Below are positions 26,342-37,662 of a stretch of DNA of 64,000 bases, one piece after another. Under the pieces are notes generated by a model. The model was not told the origin of the DNA. It ran no database searches and saw only the letters and a list, made by a program, of their open reading frames with translations. The stretch is from NCBI RefSeq assembly GCF_964213995.1, contig NC_135815.1, positions 11,408,001 to 11,472,000 of the forward strand. Reading direction: 5' to 3'. The DNA is from Mustelus asterias. Lineage: Eukaryota. The position numbers and the translations under genes were made by a program. Numbering within the stretch: position 1 is the stretch's first letter; every line of letters begins with the position of its first letter.

Positions 26342-26642
26342 TTTTTTTGCGCTGCGGCTTGTTCGGGGGGAGAGGGAAAGCGGCCGCTGTGCCCTCTGGG
26401 AGATGCAGTTCCCCTGGCACGGGCGCCAGTTTGCGTCATCAGAGGGAAGGACTACATCTCCCGTCAGGCCGTGCGCGACGCTCTCTCTCCCTCCAGCGAC
26501 CACCACAACAGTCCCCAGCGCCGCGAGCTGGTAACTGGGGCAACGGCGACCAGCTGGTCTGGAGGGAGGTGGGGGAAGGGGCGGGACGGTTGGTCTGGGC
26601 CTCGCGCTTGCCGTTTTGAAAATAAACCGCCGTTTGCCGGTA
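26342..26642. promoter_or_regulatory. CpG-rich bidirectional promoter shared by TTC13 and ARV1
   Basis: 301 bp between two divergent ATGs, CpG-dense. ZNF143/THAP11-type motifs at 26451-26469 (+, ACTACATCTCCC) and 26391-26409 (-, ACTGCATCTCCCAG), TGCGTCA at 26432-26438, GC box near 26577, YY1-like ATGGC contexts at both start codons. Confidence 0.85.
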
Positions 26643-26738
26643 ATGGCGGCGCTGGTCTATCGCTGCGTCGAATGTAATGAGGAGGCGTCCGAGCTGCACA
26701 GGGATTACAGTCATGGTATTATCAAGATAACCATTTGT
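26643..26738 (+). CDS. ARV1: ARV1 exon 1 (first half of the zinc-binding Arv1 homology domain)
   Basis: [32 protein letters not shown]|gtaagt; resembles human [27 protein letters not shown]. Confidence 0.96.
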
Positions 26739-28639
26739 GTAAGTTCAGAATGGAGTTGAAGAGCGAGCTTAGAAGGGCTAAAAGGGGACATGAGAAGACT
26801 TTGGCGGATAGGGTTAAAGAGAATCCTAAGGCGTTCTATAGGTATGTCAAGAACAGAAGGTTGGTTAGGGCAAGTTTAGGGCCAGTTATAGATGGCAGAG
26901 GGAAGTTATGTGTGGAACCGGAGGAGATTGGTGAAGCATTGAACCAATATTTCTCTTCGGTGTTCACACAAGGGGACATGAATATAGCTGAGGAGGACAC
27001 TGGGTTGCAAGGGAGTAGAATAGACAGTATTACAGTTGATAAGGAGGATGTGCAGGATATTCTGGAGGGTCTGAAAATAGATAAATCCCCTGGTCCGGAT
27101 GGGATTTATCCAAGGATTCTCTGGGAGGCAAGAGAAGTGATTGCAGAGCCTCTGGCTCTGATCTTCAGGTCGTCGTTGGCCTCTGGTATAGTACCAGAAG
27201 ATTGGAGGTTAGCGAATGTTGTCCCATTGTTTAAGAAGGGGAACAGAGACTTCCCCGGGAATTATAGACCGGTGAGTCTCACTTCTGTTGTCGGCAAGAT
27301 GTTGGAAAAAATTATAAGGGATAGGATTTATAGTTATTTGGAGAGTAATGAATTGATAGGTGATAGTCAGCATGGTTTTGTGGCAGGTAGGTCGTGCCTT
27401 ACTAACCTTATTGAGTTTTTTGAGAAAGTGACCAAGGAGGTGGATGGGGGCAAGGCAGTGGACGTGGTATATATGGATTTTAGTAAGGCGTTTGATAAGG
27501 TTCACCATGGTAGGCTTCTGCAGAAAATGCAGATGTATGGGATTGGGGGTGATCTAGGAAATTGGATCAGGAATTGGCTAGCGGATAGGAAACAGAGGGT
27601 GGTGGTTGATAGTAAATATTCATCATGGAGTGCGGTTACAAGTGGTGTACCTCAGGGATCTGTTTTGGGGCCACTGCTGTTTGTAATATTTATTAATGAT
27701 CTGGATGAGGGTATAGTTGGGTGGATTAGCAAATTTGCTGATGACACCAAAGTCGGTGGTGTGGTAGACAGTGAGGAAGGGTGTCGTAGTTTGCAGGAAG
27801 ACTTAGACAGGTTGCAAAGTTGGGCCGAGAGGTGGCGGATGGAGTTTAATGCGGAGAAGTGTGAGGTAATTCACTTTGGTAGGAATAACAGATGTGTTGA
27901 GTATAGGGCTAACGGGAGGACTTTGAATAGTGTGGAGGAGCAGAGGGATCTAGGTGTATGTGTGCATAGATCCCTGAAAGTTGGGAATCAAGTAGATAAG
28001 GTTGTTAAGAAGGCATATGGTGTCTTGGCGTTTATTGGTAGGGGGATTGAATTTAGGAGTCGTAGCGTTATGTTGCAACTGTACACAACTCTGGTGCGGC
28101 CGCACTTGGAGTACTGTGTGCAGTTCTGGTCCCCACATTACAGGAAGGATGTGGAGGCTTTGGAGAGGGTGCAGAGGAGGTTTACCAGGATGTTGCCTGG
28201 TATGGAGGGGAGATCCTATGAGGAGAGGCTGAGGGATTTGGGATTGTTTTCGCTGGAAAGGCGGCGGCTAAGAGGGGACCTTATTGAAACATATAAGATG
28301 ATTAGAGGTTTAGATAGGGTGGATAGTGATAGCCTTTTTCCTCTGATGGAGAAATCCAGCACGAGGGGGCATGGCTTTAAATTGAGGGGGGGTAGTTATA
28401 GAACCGATGTCAGGGGTAGGTTCTTTACCCAGAGGGTGGTGAGGGATTGGAATGCCCTGCCAGCATCAGTAGTAAATGCGCCTAGTTTGGGGGCGTTTAA
28501 GAGATCCGTAGATAGGTTCATGGACGAAAAGAAATTGGTTTAGGTTGGAGGGTCACAGTTTTTTTTTTAACTGGTCGGTGCAACATCGTGGGCCGAAGGG
28601 CCTGTTCTGCGCTGTAATGTTCTATGTTCTATGTTCTAT
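26739..28639 (+). mobile_element. Young 5'-truncated CR1-clade LINE with an uninterrupted RT ORF
   Basis: 602-codon ORF 26735-28543 with PGPDG, NYRPVSLTS, QGSVLGP and FADD motifs. No endonuclease domain. Short 3' UTR ending in (TTCTATG)n. Confidence 0.96.
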
Positions 28640-28820
28640 CTCTACAATCGCACACCATGGTTATAGCGCAGAAAGAGGCGGTTCGACCTGTCGTCGCCGT
28701 GCTGGCCCATTGAAAGAACAGTTCATCTCATGCTATTCCCCCGGCCTTCTCCATGTAGCCCTCCGCATTCTTCCTTTTCAGATAATACTCCAATTCTCTT
28801 TTGTACACCTCCTTTGAACT

Positions 28821-29180
28821 TGATTTGATTTATTATTGTCACATGTATTGGGATACAGTGAGAAGTATTGTTTCTTGCGCGCTATGCGGACAAAGCATAC
28901 CGTTCATAGAGTACTTTGGGGAGAAGGAAAGGAGTGAGTGCAGAACATGGTGTCACACTCATAGCTAAGGTGCAGAGAAAGATCAAATTAATATATAATA
29001 GGTCCATTCAAAAGTCTGATGGCAGCAGGGAAGAAGCTGTTCTTGAGATGGTTGGTGCTTGTTTTCAGATTTCTGTATCTTTTTCCTGACAGAAGAAGGT
29101 GGAAGAGGGGATGTGTGGGGTCCTGGATTCTGCTGACTGCTTTTCCAAGACAGCAGGAAGTGTAGCCGCCGTCAATGGAT
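28821..29180 (-). mobile_element. Rex1/Babar-type LINE 3' end
   Basis: LLLSGKRY...LKNSFFPAAIRLLN and tail GTGACAATAATAAATCAAATCA. Confidence 0.85.
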
Positions 29181-29850
29181 CTGCCTCCACCACACTTATT
29201 AGGTGGTCCATTCCAAATCCTAACCACTGATAGAATGAAAAAGCTTTTCCTCATGTCTCCATTGCTTCTTTCACCAATTAATGTTAAACCTGTGCCCTCA
29301 GGCTCTCAGTCCTTACATCATGGAAACAATTTCTTGCTATCTTGTCCAGACTCTTCATGATATTGAATACTTTTATCAAATCTCTCAACCTTCACTTCAA
29401 GGAAAACAGTCCCAACCTTTCCAATATATCCAATTGTTCCTCCTTATCCTGAGACTGTGTCCCTTTTTTAGATTCCTGGCCAGGGCAAATAATTTTTCAG
29501 TGTCTACTTTATTGAGCTCCTTCAGAATCTTGTATTTTTCAGTGTGATCGCCTCTCATTCTTAGCTCCAGAGAATTTAAGCTCAATTTACTCAGCCTCTA
29601 AACACATCTCCATCCATTCATTGCAGGCACCATTCTAAAGCACATTTGCTGTACCCACTTACAATGCTTCCAATATCTTTCCTTGAACATGGAGACAAAA
29701 TCTGCACACACTACTCCAGATGTAGTCTCATCAAAATCCTGTACGATTGTAGCAAAACCATTTTATTCCTGTACTCCATTTCTTTGTAGTAAAGGTCAGC
29801 ATGCCATTTGTCTTCCTGATTGATTGTAACTGCATGGCAATTTTCTGTGT
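29180..29850 (-). mobile_element. Degraded CR1 fragments
   Basis: MRKSFF..SVVRIWN and LNSLELRMRGD..EKYKILK remnants. Confidence 0.7.
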
Positions 29851-30366
29851 CCAAAAATCAGCATCTCTGATAATGCGGCATTCTTTTATGCCAGTTTTAA
29901 AAAAATTATTGTCATGTGTTGGGATACAGTGAAAAGTATTGTTTCTTGCACACTATACAGATAAAAACATACCCTTCATAGAGTACCCAGGAGAGGGAGC
30001 AGAATATAGTGTTGAAAAAAGACATTCCTAGCCCTCAGGTGGGAAGAGTGGCACTTAATTTACACTTTAGTCTGTGTTACATAAAAGCCCACATCCATTT
30101 TCTTTTTTATGTAATAAGTTGTTTAATGTCCCTTGCTGGCATTTCACACAATGTTACATTTTTAACTTCAGTAATGATCTCCACCTATTTCTTACATCCT
30201 TATGTTTGCAAAACATTTCTTCAACTTTTTTTTCATGATTGTACAGTGACATTATAGCTCTAGGGTCACAGTGGTGCTAAGGCTTATAAATACGTAAATG
30301 TTAACCTAATAGTATAACAATTAATTATCAGTGGCACTGAAAAATAATTTTAACTTTTACTTCCAG

Positions 30367-30486
30367 AAATCATGCCAGAAACCGGTTGACAAGTATATTG
30401 AATATGATCCAGTGATAATTCTCATTGATGCAATCTTATGTAAAGTTCAAGCTTATAGGCATATAATCCTCAACACCAAGATTAAT
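30367..30486 (+). CDS. ARV1: ARV1 exon 2
   Basis: ttccag|[40 protein letters not shown]|gtaagt, 120 nt. Confidence 0.97.
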
Positions 30487-30775
30487 GTAAGTATGTCTAA
30501 ATTGTAGATTATTTCATAATGAATTCCTTGGTAATTACCTTAAAATACAATACAAATATCCTCTTTGTGCCTCATGTGACTGATACTTACCAGTAAAATT
30601 GATAAAGTTTAGTTATTAGTCACAAGTAGGCTTACATTAACATTGCAATGAAGTTACTGTGATAATCCCCTAGCATGATGACACCTTTCTGGTCACACTA
30701 ATCAATTGCTGCTTTATTTCCCCTCTCAATTTTCTATCTTTTCCTCTCTAAGGCATTGACTCTTGAGTGTATGGT

Positions 30776-31400
30776 TGTTGTGGGAAATGTACCACTGAGT
30801 CAGGCTTGAAGGTTTCAAGAATACAATTTTATTTTAACGAAGCTTCGTGGAGACAAGGCACTAACAAGTAGCAAACCTTCTCAATGAGATAATAGGAGCG
30901 GTCCATCTTTATATCCTTTACACAATAGATGGACCGGACATTTAGCCATTATCACATCGTTGTAATCAAGTAGGTGATCGATCGTTATAGACAAATACAG
31001 ACAGATATAGACATAAGCATGTTAACATCGCATTGTTCGATGAATGGATACATTTCCTACATCAGTGGCTATCAATGATTTTAGTTTCAGTCTATTCAGA
31101 CAGTAATCTACAGTAATTGGTTTTCCTGCAGTTATGTATTCCCGATCCCACCTGTAGCTAATCTCTTTACCCAACCCTATTGTCCTTATCCTAAAGAGTG
31201 CCTCAAGCCCTGACTGGCTTCCTGCAGGATCTGATTCCTGCATGTTTAACTTTAAATAGCTGTCTGTCCTTTGTTTTAATCTCAGGTGTTGTCTGTACTA
31301 AAAGTCAGTGCCTGTTTTATGTCTCCTTCCCAGGTGACTGTTTATGTGCCAGGCAGTCATTTTTTAAAGTGTACTCATCTGTATATTTTTCCCCACTTCA
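30776..31400 (-). mobile_element. Solo LTR (625 bp) with perfect 5-bp TSD
   Basis: ATGGT|TGTTGTGGGAAA...TTTCCCCACTTCA|ATGGT: TG..CA ends and an imperfect terminal inverted repeat. TATA-like (near 30910) and AATAAA (near 30830) on the minus strand in the expected order. Confidence 0.8.
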
Positions 31401-31532
31401 ATGGTGAAAAGGCATCAAGAGCCCTCCAGCATCCTTCTTGGATTTCAATTAGTCATGCATAATTATTTTATTTTAGCCTTTTAAAATGTCAGCATGGTTA
31501 ATTCAGTGTTTTTTAATAACCTTTTCCTTCAG

Positions 31533-31686
31533 ATTCATTGGAAGCTGTGCATATTCTGCTTGTTGTGTGAAGCGTATCTTAGGTGGTCACAGCTGCAGGA
31601 TTCACAACAAACTGTTGATCCTACAGATATAATTCGTTATGCCAAAGAGTGGGACTTCTACCAAATGTTTGGATTAGCTAGTTTGG
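31533..31686 (+). CDS. ARV1: ARV1 exon 3
   Basis: cttcag|[51 protein letters not shown]+G|gtaag, 154 nt. Confidence 0.97.
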
Positions 31687-32175
31687 GTAAGATCACATTG
31701 TTTTACCTCATAAGAAAATCAACTTAAATGCTTATCCTTCTCGAGTGAAAGAATGTCATTTGAACTGGAAGGAACCTGTTTGTCTCGTAGCCCTGTTGAG
31801 GAGATATATATGTGAACTTTGTTCGTGTTTAATAAAATAAAGTCTACTTTGATTGAAACAGATTGTGATATCTTCAACTCTCTTTCTCTTTGATCCCATT
31901 TCATCATTTACGTTCTCCCACCCACCCCCAGTAGATGATTTACATTTGATCCTGCATGCTTTTGAATTCTACAAAGGCTTTCCCAGGATGCTACAAGAAC
32001 GTTTCTGCTTCAATTGGTGACAGAAAGTCAAAGAAGAGCACAATTGCCCTCCTTGCAATGGACTTTAAGCAACATTGTTACAAACATGAAATGCAGATCA
32101 CCGTAGTTAATGTGACCTGGGGGAAAGCAAGTGGACTAGAAAGGAAAAACAACAAATACAATTATCCACCAACTT

Positions 32176-32638
32176 GAATTCCATAGATTCCTTACAGTGC
32201 AGTGCTTTTGGCCCATCAAGTCCACGCTGACTCTCTGAAAGCAACTTGCCCATGCCCAACCCCTGTCCTATCCCCGTAACCATGATGTGGAGATGCCGGT
32301 ATTGGACTGGGGTAAACACAGTTAGAGTTTGAACAACACCAGGATAAAGTCCAACAGGTTTATTTGGTAGCAAATATTTGCTACCAAATAAACCTGTTGG
32401 ACTTTAACCTGGTGTTGTTAGAACTCTTACTGTGGCTATCCCCGTAATGCCATACATTTACTATGACTGATCACCTAATCTGCATATCTTCGGATTGTGG
32501 GAGGAAACCAGAGCACCCGGAGGAAACCCACACAGACACATTGAGAACATGCACACTCCACACAGACAGTCATCCAAGGCTGGAATTGAACTCGGGTCCC
32601 TGGCACTATGAGGCAGCAGAGCTAACCACTGTGCCACC
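32176..32638 (-). mobile_element. HE1-like V-SINE interrupted by a Penelope hairpin fragment (32283-32434)
   Basis: Antisense SINE body on both sides; CTATCCCCGTAA duplicated at 32268 and 32436. Confidence 0.85.
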
Positions 32639-32829
32639 TAAGCGATTAGGCTATGTAAATCAAGCTATGTAAATAATTTAAAACAGAAATGTTCTCAAAA
32701 ATTCAGATTACCAGATAATTAGAATGAGGATTAGACAACTTTCAAAAACTTAATCGAGTCATCAGTTATGCCTTGTATGAGTTATGACTCAACTGTTCAA
32801 TTATTATCTAACCATACCAGATAATCATC

Positions 32830-34160
32830 TGCGTTGGCCTCTCTTCCTGCTCCTTTCCCTCACTGTTACCTCTGGAGCCCTACCCAAGCTCTAATTTACA
32901 CGCTGTCCCTTGCTGACATCCAAAAACATCATACATTGATGACCTTCAGCTCTACCTCACCACCACATCGCTTGACTCCTCCACCATCTGATTTATCTCT
33001 CAGTTTTTCTGACATCCAATACCAGATGAGTATAAGTTTCTTCCCACAAAATATTAGAATCATAGAAACCCTACAGTGCAGAAGGAGGCCATTCGGCCCA
33101 TCGAGTCTGCACCGACCACAATCCCACCCAGGCCCTACCCCCACATATTTACCCGCTAATCCCTCTAACTACACATCTCAGGGACAATTTTTAACCTGGC
33201 CAATCAACCTAACCCGCACATCTTTGGACTGTGGGAGGAAACCGGAGCACCCGGAGGAAACCCACGCAGACACGAGGAGAATGTGCAAACTCCACACAGA
33301 CAGTGACCCGAGCCGGGAATCGAACCCGGGACCCTGGAGCTGTGAAGCAGCAGTGCTAACCACTGTGCTACCGTGCCGCCCAAATTGGGAAGATTTCACT
33401 CATTGTCTTCAGTCACTGCCACAAACTTCATTCCTTAGTCACTGATTTTATCCCTCATCCAGACCATTCGAAATCTCGGTATTTTATTTGATGCCAAGCT
33501 TCCAACCACAAATCCAGTCCATAATTAGCGCTACCTACGTCTACTTCCATAATGTTGGCTATCTCTGCCCCTGCTTCAGCTCATCAATTGAAAGCTTCAT
33601 CCATGTCTTGGTTGCCTCTAGACTTAAATTCCAATGCTCTCATGGTCAGCATCTTACCTTCCGTTCTCCATAAACCTGAAATCATCTAAAAAAAAACTTC
33701 CTGTATCTTAATGCACCAAGTTGCTTTCACCCATTACCCCTGTGCTCACTGGCCTATATTGGTCCCAGTCCAAATTGATTTTCAAATTCTCTTCTCTGTT
33801 TTCAAATCCTTTCATCAGTGTCCCTCCTTATTTCTGTAATCTCCACCAATCCCACAACCTTCAGAGATCCCTGCTTAACTCTGATTCTGGCCACTTGTAC
33901 ACCTCAAATTTTAATCACTCCAACATTGCCAGCTGTGCCTTCAGCCGCGTTGGCCCTCAGCTCTGGAATTCCCTCCCTTAACCTCTCAGCCTCTCTACCT
34001 CTCTCTCCTTTAAGACACTCCTGAAAAATTACCTCTTCAACCAAACGTTTGGTCCCCTGACCTAACACCTCCTTATGTGGCTCTGTGTTGAACTTTAATT
34101 TGCTAATGCACCTGTGAAGCAGTCTGGTATGTTTGATGTTAAAAGCAGTATATAAATTAA
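32830..34160 (+). mobile_element. Degraded L2 LINE 3' part
   Basis: IHVLVASRL, SPITPVLTGLYW and AFSRVGPQLWNSLP remnants typical of L2; split by a SINE at 33057-33381. Confidence 0.75.
33057..33381 (-). mobile_element. Young full-length HE1-like V-SINE, tail A
   Basis: Nearly identical (antisense) to the copy at 55987-56325. Confidence 0.93.
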
Positions 34161-34236
34161 AGTTTTTTAAAAATAGAGTACAACTTGCAACAATCCTGCA
34201 AAAAAAGGCAAATATGCTATTTTTTTTTATTTCTAG

Positions 34237-34461
34237 AGCTGGCAGGATTCCTGAGTGGGGCGTTTTTTTTCTTGTGGTTAACAAAAGATGATTTCATCCA
34301 GAAAAAATCAAATCGCAACACCTTGCTAATAGCTTTATTATTGTCTGGTTACGGGAAGCTCCTTGTCATTCCAGCTGTGATCTGGGAACATGACTACTCA
34401 CCATTATACATTAATCTCATCAAATTCTTTGTTCTTGCATCAAATGCACAAGCCGTCAGAG
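34237..34461 (+). CDS. ARV1: ARV1 exon 4
   Basis: ttctag|(E)LAGFLSGAFFFLW...ALLLSGYGKLLVIPAVIWEHDY...ASNAQAVR+G|gtaac, 225 nt. Confidence 0.96.
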
Positions 34462-35179
34462 GTAACCTGCTCATTATATCAGATTAACTAATTAACATTT
34501 TGAAGAAATGTTAAAGTTGTAATCTTCTTTGTTAACTGTGTTTCATTCTGTGAGCTTGCAATGTAAAAGTAAGTTTCCATAACTAGCTTAAATTGGTGAT
34601 AAATCTATCTACAGACATTTTTATTTTACATTTGCAATGAAAGGAGGCAATTGATATGAAAGCACTATTGGTTTGTGTGTAATAAGATCCATATGACTTA
34701 TCCACCTCTCTGATCAACTTTTTAGAAAGATTCTGAATGTGGTAAATTTAATTTATGTACAAAAGTCATGTTTACTGTTAATTCAAAATTGTGACAAGTA
34801 GTTTGTATTTAAGTGGTTTTCAGGAACAGCTATCTGATAGCTTCCATCATTAAAAGCTAAGTGGAAATGCTGCAGGTTTATTTTTTTTTAAATTATGAAT
34901 ATTCATGATTGAAAAGTTTATTTATTAGTATCACAAGTAGACTTGCATTCACACTGCAATGAAGTTATTGTGAAAATGCCCTAGAAGTCAATCCTTTTGT
35001 GCAAAAATCAGATTTTTATCAGTCATTCTGTCTAGGTCAGGTTAGATTGTGGTACCCTTTTCTGAGTTTCAGTTTTCATGGTTAGAAAATGTATTCTGCC
35101 CCTGTCTGCCCTCAAAGGACAAAGAACTTGGTTGAGTTTTTCTTTAAAATATTTTGTACTTATTGTCTTCAAGTATTAA

Positions 35180-35480
35180 TTACAACAGCTACAACATTGG
35201 CATCTACCCAACATTGTGGAAAATTGCCCAGGTATGTCCTGTGCACAAGAAACAGGACAAATCCAACCTGACCAATTACTGCCTCATCAGTCTACTCTCG
35301 ACCATCAGGAAAGTGGTGAAAGGGGGTCATCAACAGCACTATCAAGCAGCATTTGCTCACGCACGCTCAGTTTGGGTTCCGCCAGGGTCATTCAAAAGAG
35401 CTGAATGCCAGACGTGAGGTGCAAATGACTGTCCTCAACATTAAGGCAGCATTTGACCAAATATGGCATCAAGGAGCCTT
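35180..35480 (+). mobile_element. CR1-group LINE RT fragment (second family)
   Basis: GIYPTLWKIAQVCPVHKKQDKSN..NY..ISLLS; QFGFRQGHS; IKAAFDQIWH. Confidence 0.8.
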
Positions 35481-36141
35481 AACTCCTTATTGGTCACAAA
35501 GTGGCACAACTGCAACCTCCACAGCCCTTCTCCTCAAAAAACATATACTATGCAGACATTCTTAGGATATTAAATGTGGCTGAACTCTGATCTGTTATTC
35601 TGACTACGTTGTGTTAATGTTTAAATAGCACAATTGCTGCTCTGTTAGAAATTCTTTTCTGGTTTATCTCTGTGAAACTCAACACTTTTTTTTCCCAATT
35701 TAGTTTATTTCTGTCTATTAAGCTGAATTTTGTGTAGTTACTTCATTTTTTTCCTGTATGTCAGCCTTGGCTCAGTGATACCTGCTGACTTTGGGACGTT
35801 AGGTTGTGAAAGGTGCAATATTAGGCTGTAAAAGTGCGATATATATGCCAAGTTCTATGTTTCTCTTGTGAATAGCTAATTTTTATCTTCATCCCCTTCC
35901 CACAATGACAGTGCACCACCTTTTAATTTTATTTTCCTTTCTGCACTGTTACTGTGTTGAGCCTCCAATCTCTAGACACACACTGCCAATTAGAAATTTC
36001 ATGGGACCTTCACAAATAATTCAAAATCCTGTTTTTTCAGTTCAAGGACCAATGTAAAAATATACATTCCATTTTTTACATAGTTATATTCCTGTTCTGT
36101 GTTTATTTTAATGTACTCTAATGGTTTGTTTTCTCTTACAG

Positions 36142-36269
36142 TGGTGCTGAATAGCAGCAGGAGGTTTGCATTGTCTGTCATTTTCGTTGGATGGATAGTG
36201 GAGCAGTTTACAGCCTGCATCTTTCAACAGCTCAAATTGAGTACATCAGCATATGTTACAAATACCTAA
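36142..36269 (+). CDS. ARV1: ARV1 last coding exon
   Basis: ttacag|(V)VLNSSRRFALSVIFVGWIVEQFTACIFQQLKLSTSAYVTNT*; the total CDS is 723 nt = 240 aa plus stop. Confidence 0.92.
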
Positions 36270-36872
36270 GAGCACACATACAGGCTCTTGAACCATCTGA
36301 CATTGTTCTATCTGAAAAACTTTTATGGTTTGCACACTTTCCACAATAAGCTCCTGAGAGATTTTAACAGCCACAGGTAAATAGGCAAGATTGTAAGATG
36401 CCTTTCTTATCATAAAGGCAATCAAACATTAAACTTCAAAATCTGTATGTAACAATCACATGTGTCCTACTTATGGTCAAAATCATATTCAGTGACTTCA
36501 TGCATATCATGGACAGAACAGGCAGACATTGTATGAAGATAAAATTCAGATTCTGAAGAATTGTATGGCTTTTTGTACAAAATAACAAGCAGGTTTTTCC
36601 CCACTCATCGACAGCTGCAGTGACAACTTTAGCTATCTATTGTTTATTTCTAACAAGATTATGAATCTTAAATATTCTGTTGTAGTTTTTGTACTTAAAT
36701 TATTATATGGCTATACAATAATTATTCAAACTCATCCTAAAAAAACATGTTACTACTTTGCCAGTTGTATTTACCAGAAAGGAAAACTGTAAAAAGATCA
36801 GCTTCATGTAAGATCTGCAGTGCAATCCATTAGTTTGTTGTAAGCTCAACTGGCTGACTTCTGAATTATTCC

Positions 36873-36878
36873 AATAAA
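36873..36878 (+). terminator. Candidate ARV1 polyadenylation signal
   Basis: First canonical AATAAA I found after the stop codon, with U-rich sequence further downstream. Confidence 0.4.
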
Positions 36879-37662
36879 GAAGTTTATTCTGCCATGCCAC
36901 TGAAATAACATTGACCATTACTGCTATTGAACTTTTATTGTTTTCTTATATGTTTATCTTGGTTAACAATAATTGAAATAAGTGTGATATTATATCACAT
37001 CTCTTAAATAATAATTTTAAAATTGGGCATCACTGGCAAGGCCTGCGTTTATTGACAGTCCTTAATTATCCTTGAGGTGGTGGTGGTAAGCACCTGCTTG
37101 AACCGCTGCAAATCCTTGTGATGTAAGGAGCAAGTTCCATGATTTTGACCCAGCAATGATGAAGGAACAACGATGTATTTCCAAGTTGGGATGGTGTGTG
37201 ATTTGGAAGGCAACTTGTAAGTGCCAGTGTTCCCATGTGCCTGCTATCCTTGTTTCAGGTGATGGCATTTGTGGGTTTGGAAGGTGCTATCTAAGAAGCC
37301 ACAGTGCACTGGTGTTGGAGGGAGTGGATATTTAAGATGGTGCAGTGGGTACTGATCAAGCATGCTGCTTTTTGCTGTATAGTGTTGAACTTCTTATGCT
37401 GTTGGACTCATGCAGGTCTGCGGAAAGTATTTAATCACTCGTAATTTGTCCCTTGTAAGTGGCATTCAATAAGGTGCCACACGATGGTTAATATGCAAGA
37501 TAAGGACTCATGAAGTCGGGAGTAATATGTTGGCATTGATAGAAGATTGGTTAACAGATTTGAAACAGAGAGTAAGAATAAGTGGGGCATTTTCAAGTTG
37601 GTAGGTTGTGACTGGAGTGCCACAAATATCAGTGATGAGTCTCAGCTACTTGCAATCTATAT

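Noticed and set aside
26050-26714. Multiple overlapping ORFs across the bidirectional promoter
   Set aside because: GC-rich artefacts; only TTC13 exon 1 and ARV1 exon 1 have homology and splice support.
26735-28543. 602-aa ORF as a host gene or an in-frame ARV1-RT fusion
   Set aside because: It is CR1 ORF2 lacking the endonuclease. Its frame is shifted relative to ARV1 exon 1, whose read-through stops at 26757-26759.
32834-33445. 203-aa ORF and the recurring peptides DCGRKPEHPEETH / SAWVSSGCSGFLPQS
   Set aside because: These are translations of the HE1-like SINE body, not protein-coding sequence.
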